Shown piece by piece: positions 53,942 to 63,886 of a DNA stretch of 64,000 bases. The position numbers and the translations under genes were made by a program. Source of the stretch: Gemmatimonadota bacterium (GTDB lineage: Bacteria; Gemmatimonadota; Gemmatimonadetes; Gemmatimonadales; GWC2-71-9); contig QHUJ01000113.1 of NCBI GenBank assembly GCA_003221895.1, forward strand, positions 7,372 through 71,371, in the 5' to 3' direction. Position 1 is the stretch's first letter; every line of letters starts with the position of its first letter. The notes under the pieces were generated by a model that made no database searches, was not told the origin of the DNA, and saw only the letters and a program-made list of their open reading frames with translations.

Positions 53942-55324
53942 GTGACACAACGCGCGACAGCGCTTTCAATATTGGCTCTCGTTGCAGCGGGGGGCGGTGG
54001 CGGGTGCGGGTCCTGGCAGCGCGTGGGCCAGACCGACAAGTCACCCGCGCCGGGGACGACGCTGCCGGGGCTGTTCGACGCGAGCGCGGTGTACCGCTCC
54101 ATGGGCTCGCTGGTCGGAAGCGGCGGGCTGCCCTTCGTCGCATCCGTCCGCTATCTGGCCGGACCCACTCCCGATTCGACGCTGGCGCTCTTCTCGCTTT
54201 CACTCACGAATCAGACGCTGACGTTCCAGCATCACGGGAACGAGTTCGTCGCCGGCTACCACGTCGAGGCGACGTTCCATACCGACAACACTGGCTCAGC
54301 CCCCGTGCGCGAGATCGCCAGCGACGAACAGATCCGGGTGCGTCATTTCCGCGAGACGATGCGGACCGATGAAAGTGTGATCTATCAGAAGTTTGTGACG
54401 CTGCCGCCGGGCGTGTATCAGGTCTCCGTCACGCTGCGCGACGGCAACGGTCCGGCGTTCTCGCGCGCGGCGCGGACGGACACCGTGCCCCGGTTCGTGG
54501 GCGCGCGGCTTTCACGTCCGCTGGCCGTGTACGCCTCGAACGGGCGGCAGCACCGGCACGAGCTACCCACACTCGTCGCGAATCCGCGCGCGACCCTGCC
54601 GTACGGCTCCGACTCGCTCCGCTTCTACGTCGAGCGTTACTCGGCCGGTCCCGGCATGCTCCATGCGCGGGTGGTGGATGGCGCGGACAAGGAGCTGTGG
54701 CGGGACTCGGTATTGTTGACGGGGGACACAGACCTCGCGTCCGCGACCCTCATTATTGCCCAGGCGAACCTCCCCGTCGGGCAAGCGGAGCTCCAGGCTG
54801 TGCCCGCGGCCGGCGGCGACACGACGCGGACCCTGTTTCTCGTGAGCTTTTCGAGCCAGTGGGTGATCACGAACTTCGACGAAATGGCGAGCCTGCTGCG
54901 TTACTTTGACCAGCAAGACTGGGTCGATTCTTTGAAGCGCTCCCCTCCGGAGAGCCGTCCCGACGTCTGGCATGAGTTCTGGAAAGCCACCGATCCCAAC
55001 CCGATTACGCCGGAGAACGAGGCGCTGGACGAGTATTTCCGGCGCCTTCAGCAGGCCAACGTGCGCTTCCAGGACGAAGGGCAGCCCGGTTGGCTCACCG
55101 AGCGTGGAGAAGTGCTGATTACTCTTGGCGACCCGGATGAAATGCTGGACATGTCGAACGGCATCGATCGCAGTGGCCTGAGAACATTGCGCTGGACCTA
55201 TAACAGCGAGCGGCTGGTTCTCTATTTTCAGGATCAGACTGGGTTCGGCCGCTTCTTGCTCACGCCGACGTCGCGCTCCGATTACCAGCGCGTCCTCGCC
55301 CGAGTGAGGCGAACCGGCCGGTGA
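53942..55324 (+). CDS. GWxTD-domain lipoprotein
   Basis: GTG at 53942 gives MTQRATALSILALVAAGGGGGC (lipobox). The C-terminus HEFWKATDPNPITPENEALDEYFRRLQQANVRFQDEGQPGWLTERGEVLITLGDPDEM...LRWTY...LYFQDQTGFGRFLL matches the GWxTD domain pattern. Confidence 0.75.
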   Translation: MTQRATALSILALVAAGGGGGCGSWQRVGQTDKSPAPGTTLPGLFDASAVYRSMGSLVGSGGLPFVASVRYLAGPTPDSTLALFSLSLTNQTLTFQHHGNEFVAGYHVEATFHTDNTGSAPVREIASDEQIRVRHFRETMRTDESVIYQKFVTLPPGVYQVSVTLRDGNGPAFSRAARTDTVPRFVGARLSRPLAVYASNGRQHRHELPTLVANPRATLPYGSDSLRFYVERYSAGPGMLHARVVDGADKELWRDSVLLTGDTDLASATLIIAQANLPVGQAELQAVPAAGGDTTRTLFLVSFSSQWVITNFDEMASLLRYFDQQDWVDSLKRSPPESRPDVWHEFWKATDPNPITPENEALDEYFRRLQQANVRFQDEGQPGWLTERGEVLITLGDPDEMLDMSNGIDRSGLRTLRWTYNSERLVLYFQDQTGFGRFLLTPTSRSDYQRVLARVRRTGR

Positions 55325-57549
55325 TGCGCACGGCCGCGCTCTGTATCGCGGCGGCGTTGGTCGGGGGGCGCGCTCCGGCACAAGCCGTCCAGCCAGATCA
55401 CACCGCCACTGGCCGCGCGGATTCGCTGCGTCTTTCCGGACGCCCATGGCACGCCGCCGAGACCTTGCTCGCGGCCGCGCGGCGCGATCCCAATCCGAAC
55501 GCGTTTCTCATCGTCGAAGGCGCCAAAGCCGAAGTTCGCGCGCGCCGCTATGACTACGCGCGCACGCTGCTCGTGAACCAGCCCTGGCTCACGGAGTACG
55601 CCGACGGTGAAGCGCTCGCCGTCCTCGCGCAGGCCGAGTTCGGACTCGGCCTTTATGCGGACGCGGCGGCGCATTTCAACCTGGCGCGGGCGCGCGCGCC
55701 CGAGGAGCACGCGGCGGTGCTCGCCGTCCGTGCGGGATTGGCCTATGAGGCCGCCGCGCAGCCCGACAGCGCCGCGGCGGCATACACCCTGGCGCGCGCT
55801 GGTGGTCGCCTCGCCGCGATCGACGACTGGCTGCGCGTGCATCTGGCGCGGGTGTCGCGGGACAGCGCGGCCGCGCGGGTCTTGCTCACCAACATTGCCG
55901 CCCCCGCGGCCCGCGCCGTGCCCGTCGCGCGGGCCCGTTCATTGCTCCTCGCGGGCGATACGGCCCGCGCGCTCGATGCATTGGAAGCGGCAGGGAAGGG
56001 GCTCGACGTCGCGCGACTCGCGATCACCCAGGGCGACACCGGGCGCAGCCGCAAGGCGCTGTACGCGTTACTCGCGCGTGACCCGCTGAGTGACGACGCG
56101 GCCGCGGGCGTGACCCTCGCGTTCGGTCCGCTCCCGCCGCGCGAGCCTGCCGAACACGTCGCCCTGGGGCGCGCCCTCAACCGACGCAACACCGCGAAGG
56201 ACGCGCGCATCCACGTGGAGCGCGCCCTGCGGGCGGGCGACTCGAGCGCTACGACGCTGATGCTGTACGGCGAGCTGCTCGTCGCGACGGGCCAAATGCG
56301 CGAAGCGGCCCGCGCCTACAGCGCGGCAGCGCGTGACTCGAGTGCCCGGCCGCTCGCGTTGTATCGGCGCGCGCGCGTGCTGGTCCGGCTTGGGGATTCG
56401 TCTGCCGAGGGTGCCCTCTCCGGTTTCGCGAAGAATTATCCCAGCGATACCGCGGCCGCCGGTGCGCTCTACATCCTGGCCGATCTGCTGGATGGCCGGA
56501 ACGATTCGATGAACGCGGCACGTTGGTACCGCGAGCTGATCGCACGATATCCGGCAGATACGCGCTCCTCGCTGGCGCGCTTCCGTCTCGCGTCACGCGC
56601 CGAGAATGCAGGGCAGCTCGACAGCGCCGCGGCGCTGTATCAATCGGAAATCGATGCCAACGGGCCGCAGCGCACCGCCGCGCGCTTCTGGCTCGGCAAG
56701 GTGGCGGTCGAGCGCGGCGACTCGGCGAATGCTCGCACCATCTGGATCGCGCTCGCGCGTGAAGACTCGCTCGGGTACTACGGCATGCGCGCGCGGCGCG
56801 AGACGGGCCTGCCGCCGCTCGCGTTTGTACCAGCCACGCGACCCGCGGCACCACCTCCGGCCCCTGTCGCGGCCGGTCTCGCGCGGATCGACACGCTGCT
56901 GCTCGCCGGCTTGGACAGTGAAGCGCAGGCGCAGGTGCGCGACGTGCTGGCCCGGCCGCCGCAGGATCTCGAAACGCTTTTCGGCTGGAGCGAGGGGCTG
57001 AGCGCGCGCGGGTACGGCTCCGCGGCGGTGCGCCTCGGTTGGCAGGCGGCGTTACAGGCGCCCGGCGACGTGCGCGTGCTGCGCGCGATCTTCCCATGGC
57101 CGAATCGGCCGGCCGTGGAGGCGGAAGCGGAAGAGTTCGGCGTCGACGCGTTATTGCTCGCGGCGCTGGTGCGGCAGGAGAGTGTCTTCGACGTCCAGGC
57201 GTTGTCGCCCGCGGGTGCCCGTGGGCTCGCGCAGCTACTGCCGAGTACCGCTGCGCTCATGGCGCGCGGCCTGGACGTCACGTTCTATCCGGACTGGATT
57301 ACCGTTCCCGACCTCAATTTGCACCTCGGGGCCGCGCATCTCGCCGATTTGCTCAGGCGATTCGGTCGAGTGGACGCGGCCATCGCCGCGTACAACGCGG
57401 GACCGGTTCCGGTGCGCCGCTGGCTCGATCGTGAAGGCGCGTCGGATCCCGACCGGTTTATCGAATTGATCCCGTATCCGGAAACGCGCGGATATGTGCG
57501 CAGTCTGTTGCGTAATCGCGAGTTGTATCGCGCATTGTACGGCCCGTAG
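55321..57549 (+). CDS. Soluble lytic murein transglycosylase (Slt70-like: superhelical repeats plus SLT domain)
   Basis: Signal peptide [21 protein letters not shown]. About 550 aa of TPR-like helices. The catalytic region [29 protein letters not shown]...AYNAGP is present. Confidence 0.85.
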   Translation: MMRTAALCIAAALVGGRAPAQAVQPDHTATGRADSLRLSGRPWHAAETLLAAARRDPNPNAFLIVEGAKAEVRARRYDYARTLLVNQPWLTEYADGEALAVLAQAEFGLGLYADAAAHFNLARARAPEEHAAVLAVRAGLAYEAAAQPDSAAAAYTLARAGGRLAAIDDWLRVHLARVSRDSAAARVLLTNIAAPAARAVPVARARSLLLAGDTARALDALEAAGKGLDVARLAITQGDTGRSRKALYALLARDPLSDDAAAGVTLAFGPLPPREPAEHVALGRALNRRNTAKDARIHVERALRAGDSSATTLMLYGELLVATGQMREAARAYSAAARDSSARPLALYRRARVLVRLGDSSAEGALSGFAKNYPSDTAAAGALYILADLLDGRNDSMNAARWYRELIARYPADTRSSLARFRLASRAENAGQLDSAAALYQSEIDANGPQRTAARFWLGKVAVERGDSANARTIWIALAREDSLGYYGMRARRETGLPPLAFVPATRPAAPPPAPVAAGLARIDTLLLAGLDSEAQAQVRDVLARPPQDLETLFGWSEGLSARGYGSAAVRLGWQAALQAPGDVRVLRAIFPWPNRPAVEAEAEEFGVDALLLAALVRQESVFDVQALSPAGARGLAQLLPSTAALMARGLDVTFYPDWITVPDLNLHLGAAHLADLLRRFGRVDAAIAAYNAGPVPVRRWLDREGASDPDRFIELIPYPETRGYVRSLLRNRELYRALYGP

Positions 57550-57558
57550 AGACTCCGG

Positions 57559-57674
57559 TTGACAGTTCTCCAATCCGCCGCTCATTTCTACCGCGCTCGA
57601 CAACGGCCGGGCAGGCATCCCCGCAGGGGGCGGGGGTAGCCCGGGGCCCTACCAGACTCTGCAGGAGGCGGATC
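57559..57674 (+). promoter_or_regulatory. Candidate promoter (-35 TTGACA) and ~100-nt structured 5' leader of the cold-shock gene
   Basis: Perfect TTGACA at 57559-57564 with a weak -10 region (TCATTTCTA) 17-19 nt downstream. G/C-rich leader with GGGGGCGGGGG/CCCGGGGCCC segments. GGAGG 6 nt before the GTG start. Confidence 0.3.
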
Positions 57675-57875
57675 GTGATCAAGGGAAAGGTGAAGTGGTT
57701 CAATGACGCCAAGGGATATGGCTTCATTGAGCAAGAGGGTGGCGAAGACGTGTTCGTGCATTTCTCGGCGATTCAGATGGATGGCTTCAAGACGCTCGCC
57801 GAGGGTCAGGTCGTGGAGTTCGAAGTGAAGCAGGGCGACAAAGGGCTCCACGCGACGAACGTCGTGCGCGCCTAA
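57675..57875 (+). CDS. cspA: Cold-shock protein (CspA family)
   Basis: 66 aa. Contains [31 protein letters not shown] (RNP1 KGYGFI, RNP2 VFVHF). Confidence 0.95.
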   Translation: MIKGKVKWFNDAKGYGFIEQEGGEDVFVHFSAIQMDGFKTLAEGQVVEFEVKQGDKGLHATNVVRA

Positions 57876-57904
57876 CCAACCGCCCACTTTCACCGACTGT
57901 CCTG

Positions 57905-57937
57905 CCCCGCCCGGATCCACGGGCGGGGTTCTTGTTT
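57905..57937 (+). terminator. Rho-independent terminator of the cold-shock gene
   Basis: CCCCGCCCG-GATCCA-CGGGCGGGG followed by TTCTTGTTT. Confidence 0.8.
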
Positions 57938-57966
57938 GGGCAGTCCCGGGGCTAACTTTTTTCGCG

Positions 57967-60771
57967 ATGCCGCCCCGTCCAGCCCCTCCGATTCCCGCCT
58001 CCGCCCAAGGCCGCAGGTGCGTCTTCCTGGTGGACGGCTATGCGCTGATCTACCGCGCCTTCTTCGCGATGATCGCACGGCCCCTCACCACCAAGCGCGG
58101 GGAGAACACATCGGCGGTCTGGGGCATCACGAATTTCCTGCTGCGGCTCTACGAGAACTATCACCCCGAGTACATCGGGTGGGTGCACGATCGCGGCGTC
58201 TCGTTCCGGCAGCAGGAGTATCCGGAATACAAAGCGACGCGCGAGAAGCTGGGCGAGGAAATGCAGCAGGACTTCGACCGATCTCTCGAGCGGGTATGCC
58301 AGATCCTCGACGCGTTCCACATCCCCGTCATCGCGATCAACGGCTACGAGGCGGACGACGTAGTCGCCACGCTCGCGCAGCGCGCCGTGACCGCCGGCGG
58401 TCTGCAGGCGGTGATCGTGTCGGGCGACAAGGATTTCTATCAGCTCATCGGTCCGGGCATCGCGCTGCTCAACCCGGGGCGCGGCGGTCAGGCGGCGGTG
58501 GAAGAGCAGTGGGTCGATCAGTCCAACGCGAGCGAGCGCCTCGGTGTGCAGCCCGAGCGCGTCGTGGATTTTCTCGCGCTGGTGGGCGACAGCTCGGACA
58601 ATATCCCGGGCGTCAGAGGCATCGGGGACAAGACCGCGTTGCAGTTGCTCACGACATACGGCGATCTCGACACGATCCTCGCGCGCGCCACGGAGATTCC
58701 CGGCAAGCGGCCGCGAGAGGCGCTGCTGCAACAGGCCGACAATGCCCGGCTGTCACGTCAGCTCGTGACGCTGCGGCGCGACGTGCCGATCGAGCTCGAT
58801 CTGGAGCAGCTCCGCGTCCAGGCGCCCGACACCGATCGCCTGGCCGCGCTGTTCACCGAGCTCGAGTTCCGTACCCTGATTCCCAAGCTGAGTGATCTCG
58901 CCTGGGTGGGCACGATCCCGGTCGAGCAAGCAGGAGGCGCGCCAGCGCCAGCGTCTCGCGCACTGCTGCTGGCAGACCCGCAGATCGTCGACGATCCCGC
59001 CAGGCTGCCCGCGATGCTCGAGGAGTTGCGCGCGGCACCACTCGTTGCCATACAGACCGAGCCACAGCTCGCCGGTTTGTCGTTCGCCGTCGCGCCGGGC
59101 CGGTCGTGGTATCTGCCGCTGGGTCATCGTGCCGCCCTGGACGAGCTTGACGGGGGAACCCCACCCCGCAATCTGCCCCCGCTAGCGAGCGCTGCGATGA
59201 CGGACCTCCGGGAGTTGCTCGCGGATCCCGCAGTGAAAAAAGCGGGACACGACATCAAGGCCGGATGGGTGGCGCTCACGCGCGCCGGTGTAACCCTCGG
59301 CGGCGTCGCCTACGACTCCATGGTCGCGAGCTTCGTGCTCGATCCCGGCAACCGGTCGCATGCCATGGCGGATCTCGCGCGCGAGCGTCTTTCCATCGAG
59401 CTGCCCACGTCGGCACAGCTGGTCAGCAAGGACCGCCAGTTTTCCGCGGTGCCGCCCGCCGAGGCGGGGCGTGTTTCCGCTGCGAACGCGGAGATGGTAC
59501 TGCGGCTCGCAGAAGCATTTCGCGCGGAGATCGAAGACCATCATCTGACCCGCCTCCTCGACGAGATCGAAATCCCGCTCATTCCGGTGCTCGTCGACAT
59601 GGAAGCGACGGGCGTGCTCGTCGATCGCGCCATCCTTGGTGAGATGTCCCGCGGATTCAACAAGGAGCTGACCGGTCTCGAGCTGGACATTTATCGCGCC
59701 GCCGGAGGCGAGTTCAACCTCGGATCGACCCCGCAGCTGCGGACCGTGCTGTTTGAAAAACTCAAACTGCCGGTGCTGAAGCGAACCAAAACAGGTCCAT
59801 CGACCGACGTCGAGGTGCTCGAGCAGCTCGCGACGATGGGGCACGAGGTGCCGCGCCTCATGATGGAGTACCGCGAGCTCTCGAAGCTCAAATCCACCTA
59901 CGTGGACGCGTTGCCGGGATACATCCGGTCCGACACGGGCCGGGTGCACACCACCTTCAACCAGACCGGCGCCGCTACTGGACGCCTCTCATCGTCCGAT
60001 CCCAACCTGCAGAACATTCCCGTGCGCACGAAGCGCGGCGGCGAAATCCGGCGAGCATTCATTGCGCCGCCGGGACGCCTCCTGCTGACCGCCGATTACT
60101 CGCAGGTCGAGCTCCGCCTGTTGGCTCACCTCTCCGGCGATCCGGAGTTCGTCGCGGCGTTCCAACGCGGTGGCGACATTCACCGTCAGACAGCTGCGGT
60201 GATTTTCGGAGTGCCGGAGGCGAGCGTGACGGCGGAAATGCGAGCGCGGGCGAAGACCATCAACTTTGCGACCATCTATGGCCAGGGGGCACTCGCGTTG
60301 TCGCGGCAGCTGGGCATCACGCTGGAGGAGGCGAAGGCCTTCATTAAACACTACTTCGAGCGCTTCGCCGGCGTCCGCGCCTGGCTCGACAAGACTGTGG
60401 AGGAAGCGCGCCAGCGTGGATTCGTGGAGACCTTGTTCGGACGCCGGCGCTATATCCCCGAGCTGCGGGACCGCAACTTCAGTATCCGCGCCTTCGGCGA
60501 GCGTACGGCAACGAACTCTCCGCTCCAAGGGTCGGCGGCGGACCTGATCAAGATCGCCATGATCCGAATCCACGCCGCTCTCCCGCAGGCTGGCCTGGAC
60601 GCCAAAATGGTCCTGCAGGTGCACGACGAGCTCGTTTTTGAGGTCGCTGAGCACGACCACGACCCTGCCGGGGCTCTTGTAAAACGCGAGATGGAGGGGG
60701 TTGGCGAATTGCGGGTGCCGCTCGTCGTAAGTGTCGGCGCCGGAAAGAATTGGATCGACGCGAAGGGTTAA
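57967..60771 (+). CDS. polA: DNA polymerase I
   Basis: 934 aa. 5'-nuclease domain (LVDGYALIYRAFFA, SGDKDFYQL), 3'-5' exonuclease-like region and pol domain (DYSQVELRLLAHLSGD, RRAKTINF-like RARAKTINFATIYG, QVHDELVFEV). Confidence 0.97.
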   Translation: MPPRPAPPIPASAQGRRCVFLVDGYALIYRAFFAMIARPLTTKRGENTSAVWGITNFLLRLYENYHPEYIGWVHDRGVSFRQQEYPEYKATREKLGEEMQQDFDRSLERVCQILDAFHIPVIAINGYEADDVVATLAQRAVTAGGLQAVIVSGDKDFYQLIGPGIALLNPGRGGQAAVEEQWVDQSNASERLGVQPERVVDFLALVGDSSDNIPGVRGIGDKTALQLLTTYGDLDTILARATEIPGKRPREALLQQADNARLSRQLVTLRRDVPIELDLEQLRVQAPDTDRLAALFTELEFRTLIPKLSDLAWVGTIPVEQAGGAPAPASRALLLADPQIVDDPARLPAMLEELRAAPLVAIQTEPQLAGLSFAVAPGRSWYLPLGHRAALDELDGGTPPRNLPPLASAAMTDLRELLADPAVKKAGHDIKAGWVALTRAGVTLGGVAYDSMVASFVLDPGNRSHAMADLARERLSIELPTSAQLVSKDRQFSAVPPAEAGRVSAANAEMVLRLAEAFRAEIEDHHLTRLLDEIEIPLIPVLVDMEATGVLVDRAILGEMSRGFNKELTGLELDIYRAAGGEFNLGSTPQLRTVLFEKLKLPVLKRTKTGPSTDVEVLEQLATMGHEVPRLMMEYRELSKLKSTYVDALPGYIRSDTGRVHTTFNQTGAATGRLSSSDPNLQNIPVRTKRGGEIRRAFIAPPGRLLLTADYSQVELRLLAHLSGDPEFVAAFQRGGDIHRQTAAVIFGVPEASVTAEMRARAKTINFATIYGQGALALSRQLGITLEEAKAFIKHYFERFAGVRAWLDKTVEEARQRGFVETLFGRRRYIPELRDRNFSIRAFGERTATNSPLQGSAADLIKIAMIRIHAALPQAGLDAKMVLQVHDELVFEVAEHDHDPAGALVKREMEGVGELRVPLVVSVGAGKNWIDAKG

Positions 60772-60868
60772 GCACGCCTCTTGCAGGAATGGGGGGTAGT
60801 GCCCACAATTGGGGCGTCGATTCGGGCTTTTCCCGGATAGGCGCCCTTTCGCGCCCGGAGGGATAGTC

Positions 60869-61246
60869 TTGAAGGCTCGCGGTTTTACGCTGATCGAGCT
60901 GTTGATCGTGGTGGTGATCATCGGGATCCTCGCGTCCATTGCGATCCCGAAGTTCGCCAACACGAAACAGAAAGCCTACGTCGCCCAGATGAAGTCCGAC
61001 CTCAAGAATCTGGCGACGGCGGAGGAGGCTTTCTTCTATGACAGCACGTTCTACACGACCAGCCTGCCGGCGCTCAACAACTTCAGCTCATCGACTGGCG
61101 TCACGCTTAACGTGCTCCAGGCAACGCCGGGTGGTTGGTCGGCCCGCGCCATCCATGCGCAGACGCCGCGGCAGTGCGTCCTGTTCCAGGGGAACGCGAC
61201 GCCGGTCGCGCCCGCGACGGTCGAGGGTAAGATTACCTGCACATAG
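60869..61246 (+). CDS. Type IV pilin (prepilin N-terminal cleavage/methylation domain)
   Basis: TTG at 60869, preceded by GGAGGGA, gives MKARG/FTLIELLIVVVIIGILASIAIPKF (G/F cleavage site, Glu5). C-terminal Cys pair (QCVLF...ITCT). The track ORF start at 60809 is an upstream extension. Confidence 0.85.
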   Translation: MKARGFTLIELLIVVVIIGILASIAIPKFANTKQKAYVAQMKSDLKNLATAEEAFFYDSTFYTTSLPALNNFSSSTGVTLNVLQATPGGWSARAIHAQTPRQCVLFQGNATPVAPATVEGKITCT

Positions 61247-61267
61247 AACCGCCCTATCGAGAATTCC

Positions 61268-61311
61268 AACGCCGCCGTGAGGGGATGCGATTCGCCCTCA
61301 ACGGCGGCGTT
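61268..61311 (+). other. 11-bp inverted repeat spanning the start of the next ORF (pilin terminator candidate)
   Basis: AACGCCGCCGT (61268-61278) ... ACGGCGGCGTT (61301-61311) with inner GAGGG...CCCTC pairing, followed by TGGCTTC. The ATG at 61285 lies in the loop. Confidence 0.4.
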
Positions 61312-61521
61312 TGGCTTCACCGTCACAAGATCGACAACGAGCCGATGGTCCATCTGGTAAGCTCCGACAAGGAACGGCTGCTCGAGCTGGGCCGCACGCT
61401 GGGATTCCAGGCGCGGTGGCTGCAATACAAGCCGCTCAAGGACCTGGACACGGGAATCCGGGTTCCGGCCTGGCATTGGGATGTCTGGGGTGAGAAGCTG
61501 AAACTGCTGAAGCCTACGTAA
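61285..61521 (+). CDS. Small protein, DUF4031-like
   Basis: 78 aa. PMVHLVSSDKERLLELGRTLGFQARWLQ...HWDVWGEKL resembles the HL.sD..eEL..fA..lG......(H/W)(Y/W)D layout of DUF4031. Assignment is from memory of the family pattern. Confidence 0.45.
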   Translation: MRFALNGGVWLHRHKIDNEPMVHLVSSDKERLLELGRTLGFQARWLQYKPLKDLDTGIRVPAWHWDVWGEKLKLLKPT

Positions 61522-63796
61522 TCTCTTCTACTTCTACTTCGCGGCGGGGTGCTCGTACTCCGGGCCACCAGTTCCACCGGCCGGCGATGTGCATGATCGC
61601 GGGCACGAGCACCATGCGAATCAGCGTGGCATCGAGGAACACGGCCACCGCGAGTCCAAAGCCGATGAACTGAACCGCGAGCACCCGGGTGAAGGCAAAG
61701 TTTCCGAATACGATGATCATGATCAGCGCGGCGAAGGTGATCGTCGACGCCGTGGCGGAGAGGCCTTCCATTGTCGCGTAGTCGTTGCGCCCGGTTTTGT
61801 CGAAGACCTCTTTGATGCGCGTCAGCAGGAAGACCTCGTAGTCCATCGACAGACCAAACACGGTCGCAAAGACGAGCACCGGCACCACGACGAAAATCGC
61901 CTCCGTTGGCCCCTCGAGCCCGAAGAGATTGCTGCCGTAGCCGTGCTGAAAGACGAGCACGGTGATGCCGAATGCGGCGGCCACCGATACGCAGTTGAGG
62001 ACGACCGCTTTGAGTGGGACGAGCACCGAGCGGAAGGCGATCAGCAGCATGAGGGCGGTGACGCCGAGGATCATCGCGACGATACCGGGGAAGCGCTGGA
62101 GCAGGTGCTGCTGGAGGTCGAGGCTCGATGCCGCGAAGCCGCCGACGAGGATCTCCGCCCCACGCAGCCGCTGGGCCCCGACGTTCGCGATCGTGTGGCG
62201 GACGTGGCGCGTGAGGTCCATCATGCCGGTCAGCGAGACACTGTCGACGGCGATCACGTCCATGAGCGTCGTCTGCAGGTCTGCGCTCAGATACGCGTTG
62301 AAGAATGCGGCGTAGCGGTTGCGCACCGAATCGGCATCGCTGTAATACATCGCCAGCTGGAGGGTCGACAGGCCGGGCCGGATCGTGGCGACGCCGCGTA
62401 CCTCACGCACGCGTGGATCCTTTTCGATCGAATCACACAACGCCTTGAGTCCCGACAGGCGGCGACCCGACAGGGCCGACTCCCCGTTGGGCAGCTGCAC
62501 CACGACACGCAGCGGCTGGATCACGCCACTCGCGCCCATGTCGCGCAGCGCGGCCAGGGCCTGTGCCGACTCCGCATCGGGGGGAAACCAGTTCCGCGCG
62601 GGCAGGCCGATCTTGATTTGTGTCAGCGGAAACGTCAGAAACGCCGCCGCGAGGCCGCCGCCCAGAATCGCGCGCCACGGATGATGTCCCAGCGAGCGAG
62701 CCCACCGCTCCCATCCGGTGGGTGTGTGAATCCATGCCAGCAGGCGCGCCAGCCACTTGGGCCGGTCGATGTTCCGGCCGAGGATCGCGAGGCAGGCGGG
62801 AAGGAAGGTGGTCGCCAGAAGAACAGCGATCGCGACGACGATGAGTCCCCCGATGCCTACCGAGCGTGTCTCGGTGCGCGGTGTGAGGATCAGCGCGGCG
62901 AAGCCCACCACCACTGTGAGCCCGGACGTTACCACGGCCGAGCCCGCCGTCTGAATGGTGCGCACGGCGGCATCGGCGGGCGAGAGGCCGCGATTCAGCT
63001 CTTCGCGGAATCGTGTGACGATCAGCAGCGAGTAGTCGATCCCGACGCCCAGTCCCACCATCGTCGTGATGTTGAGCACGAAGACCGACATCGTCTGGAA
63101 CTGGGCGGCGACGGCGACGACGCCGAGGGCGATGGTGATCGCCAGCACACCCACGATGATGGGAAGTGTCGCGGCTACGAGCGCGCCAAACGCAAGCACC
63201 AGGACCACCAGCGTCAGGGGCACCGCCCGCTGCTCGGCGATGCGCGTGTCGGCAGTGCTGATCGTGCGAACATCATAATCGAGCGCGGCATTACCGGTCA
63301 CCTTCACGTCGAAGCCGTCCGCACGCGGCAGCCGGGCGAGCGTGCCGTTCACCGCCTCGCGCAGATCCGGTACCACGTTGTCGCTGACTTCTGCCGTGCG
63401 CGATGGGGTCAGCGCGGCGATGAAGAAGGTGGTTTGGCGATCGGAGCTCACGAACGTCGACTCTCCGATCGTGCGCACGGAGATGACCTGGCTGATGTAC
63501 GGTTCACGCGCCACGGCCGCCGAAAGCGAATCGAGCATCGCGACGAACCGGGGATTGGTGTAGCGGACGGGGCCGTGCACGACGAGGGCGAGGTATTCGT
63601 CGATGGGGCTTGGGAATGCGTCGCGAATCAACTGAGTAGCGCGGGCCGACTCCGTTCGCTCGACCGCGCTGCCACGAACGGCAAGCACGCGCTGGACGTG
63701 GGTGGCCTTCGGCACAAACAGCAACGCGAGCGCCGCCCAAGCGGCAATGACCCACCCGCGCCAGCGGATAACGTGTTTTCCCGGTAACGTGATCAC
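61514..63796 (-). CDS. MMPL-family (RND superfamily) membrane transporter
   Basis: 760 aa. Two blocks of ~5-6 TM helices, each preceded by a soluble loop. Contains GIDYSLLIVTRFREEL and GLSMDYEVFLLTRIKE (duplicated MMPL motif). Confidence 0.9.
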   Translation of the reverse strand: MITLPGKHVIRWRGWVIAAWAALALLFVPKATHVQRVLAVRGSAVERTESARATQLIRDAFPSPIDEYLALVVHGPVRYTNPRFVAMLDSLSAAVAREPYISQVISVRTIGESTFVSSDRQTTFFIAALTPSRTAEVSDNVVPDLREAVNGTLARLPRADGFDVKVTGNAALDYDVRTISTADTRIAEQRAVPLTLVVLVLAFGALVAATLPIIVGVLAITIALGVVAVAAQFQTMSVFVLNITTMVGLGVGIDYSLLIVTRFREELNRGLSPADAAVRTIQTAGSAVVTSGLTVVVGFAALILTPRTETRSVGIGGLIVVAIAVLLATTFLPACLAILGRNIDRPKWLARLLAWIHTPTGWERWARSLGHHPWRAILGGGLAAAFLTFPLTQIKIGLPARNWFPPDAESAQALAALRDMGASGVIQPLRVVVQLPNGESALSGRRLSGLKALCDSIEKDPRVREVRGVATIRPGLSTLQLAMYYSDADSVRNRYAAFFNAYLSADLQTTLMDVIAVDSVSLTGMMDLTRHVRHTIANVGAQRLRGAEILVGGFAASSLDLQQHLLQRFPGIVAMILGVTALMLLIAFRSVLVPLKAVVLNCVSVAAAFGITVLVFQHGYGSNLFGLEGPTEAIFVVVPVLVFATVFGLSMDYEVFLLTRIKEVFDKTGRNDYATMEGLSATASTITFAALIMIIVFGNFAFTRVLAVQFIGFGLAVAVFLDATLIRMVLVPAIMHIAGRWNWWPGVRAPRREVEVEEIT

Positions 63797-63886
63797 CTAT
63801 CGTCCAAACACATGCGGGCCACAATCATAGGGACGGGCGGAGCCCAAAGCTAGCGTCGCGGCCTGTGATTTTCGCATATTGGCGAC

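Noticed and set aside
61589-63787. 732-aa plus-strand ORF
   Set aside because: It is antisense to the MMPL transporter. It is extremely R/H/D/G-rich with no hydrophobic core, whereas the minus frame gives 11-12 clean TM helices.
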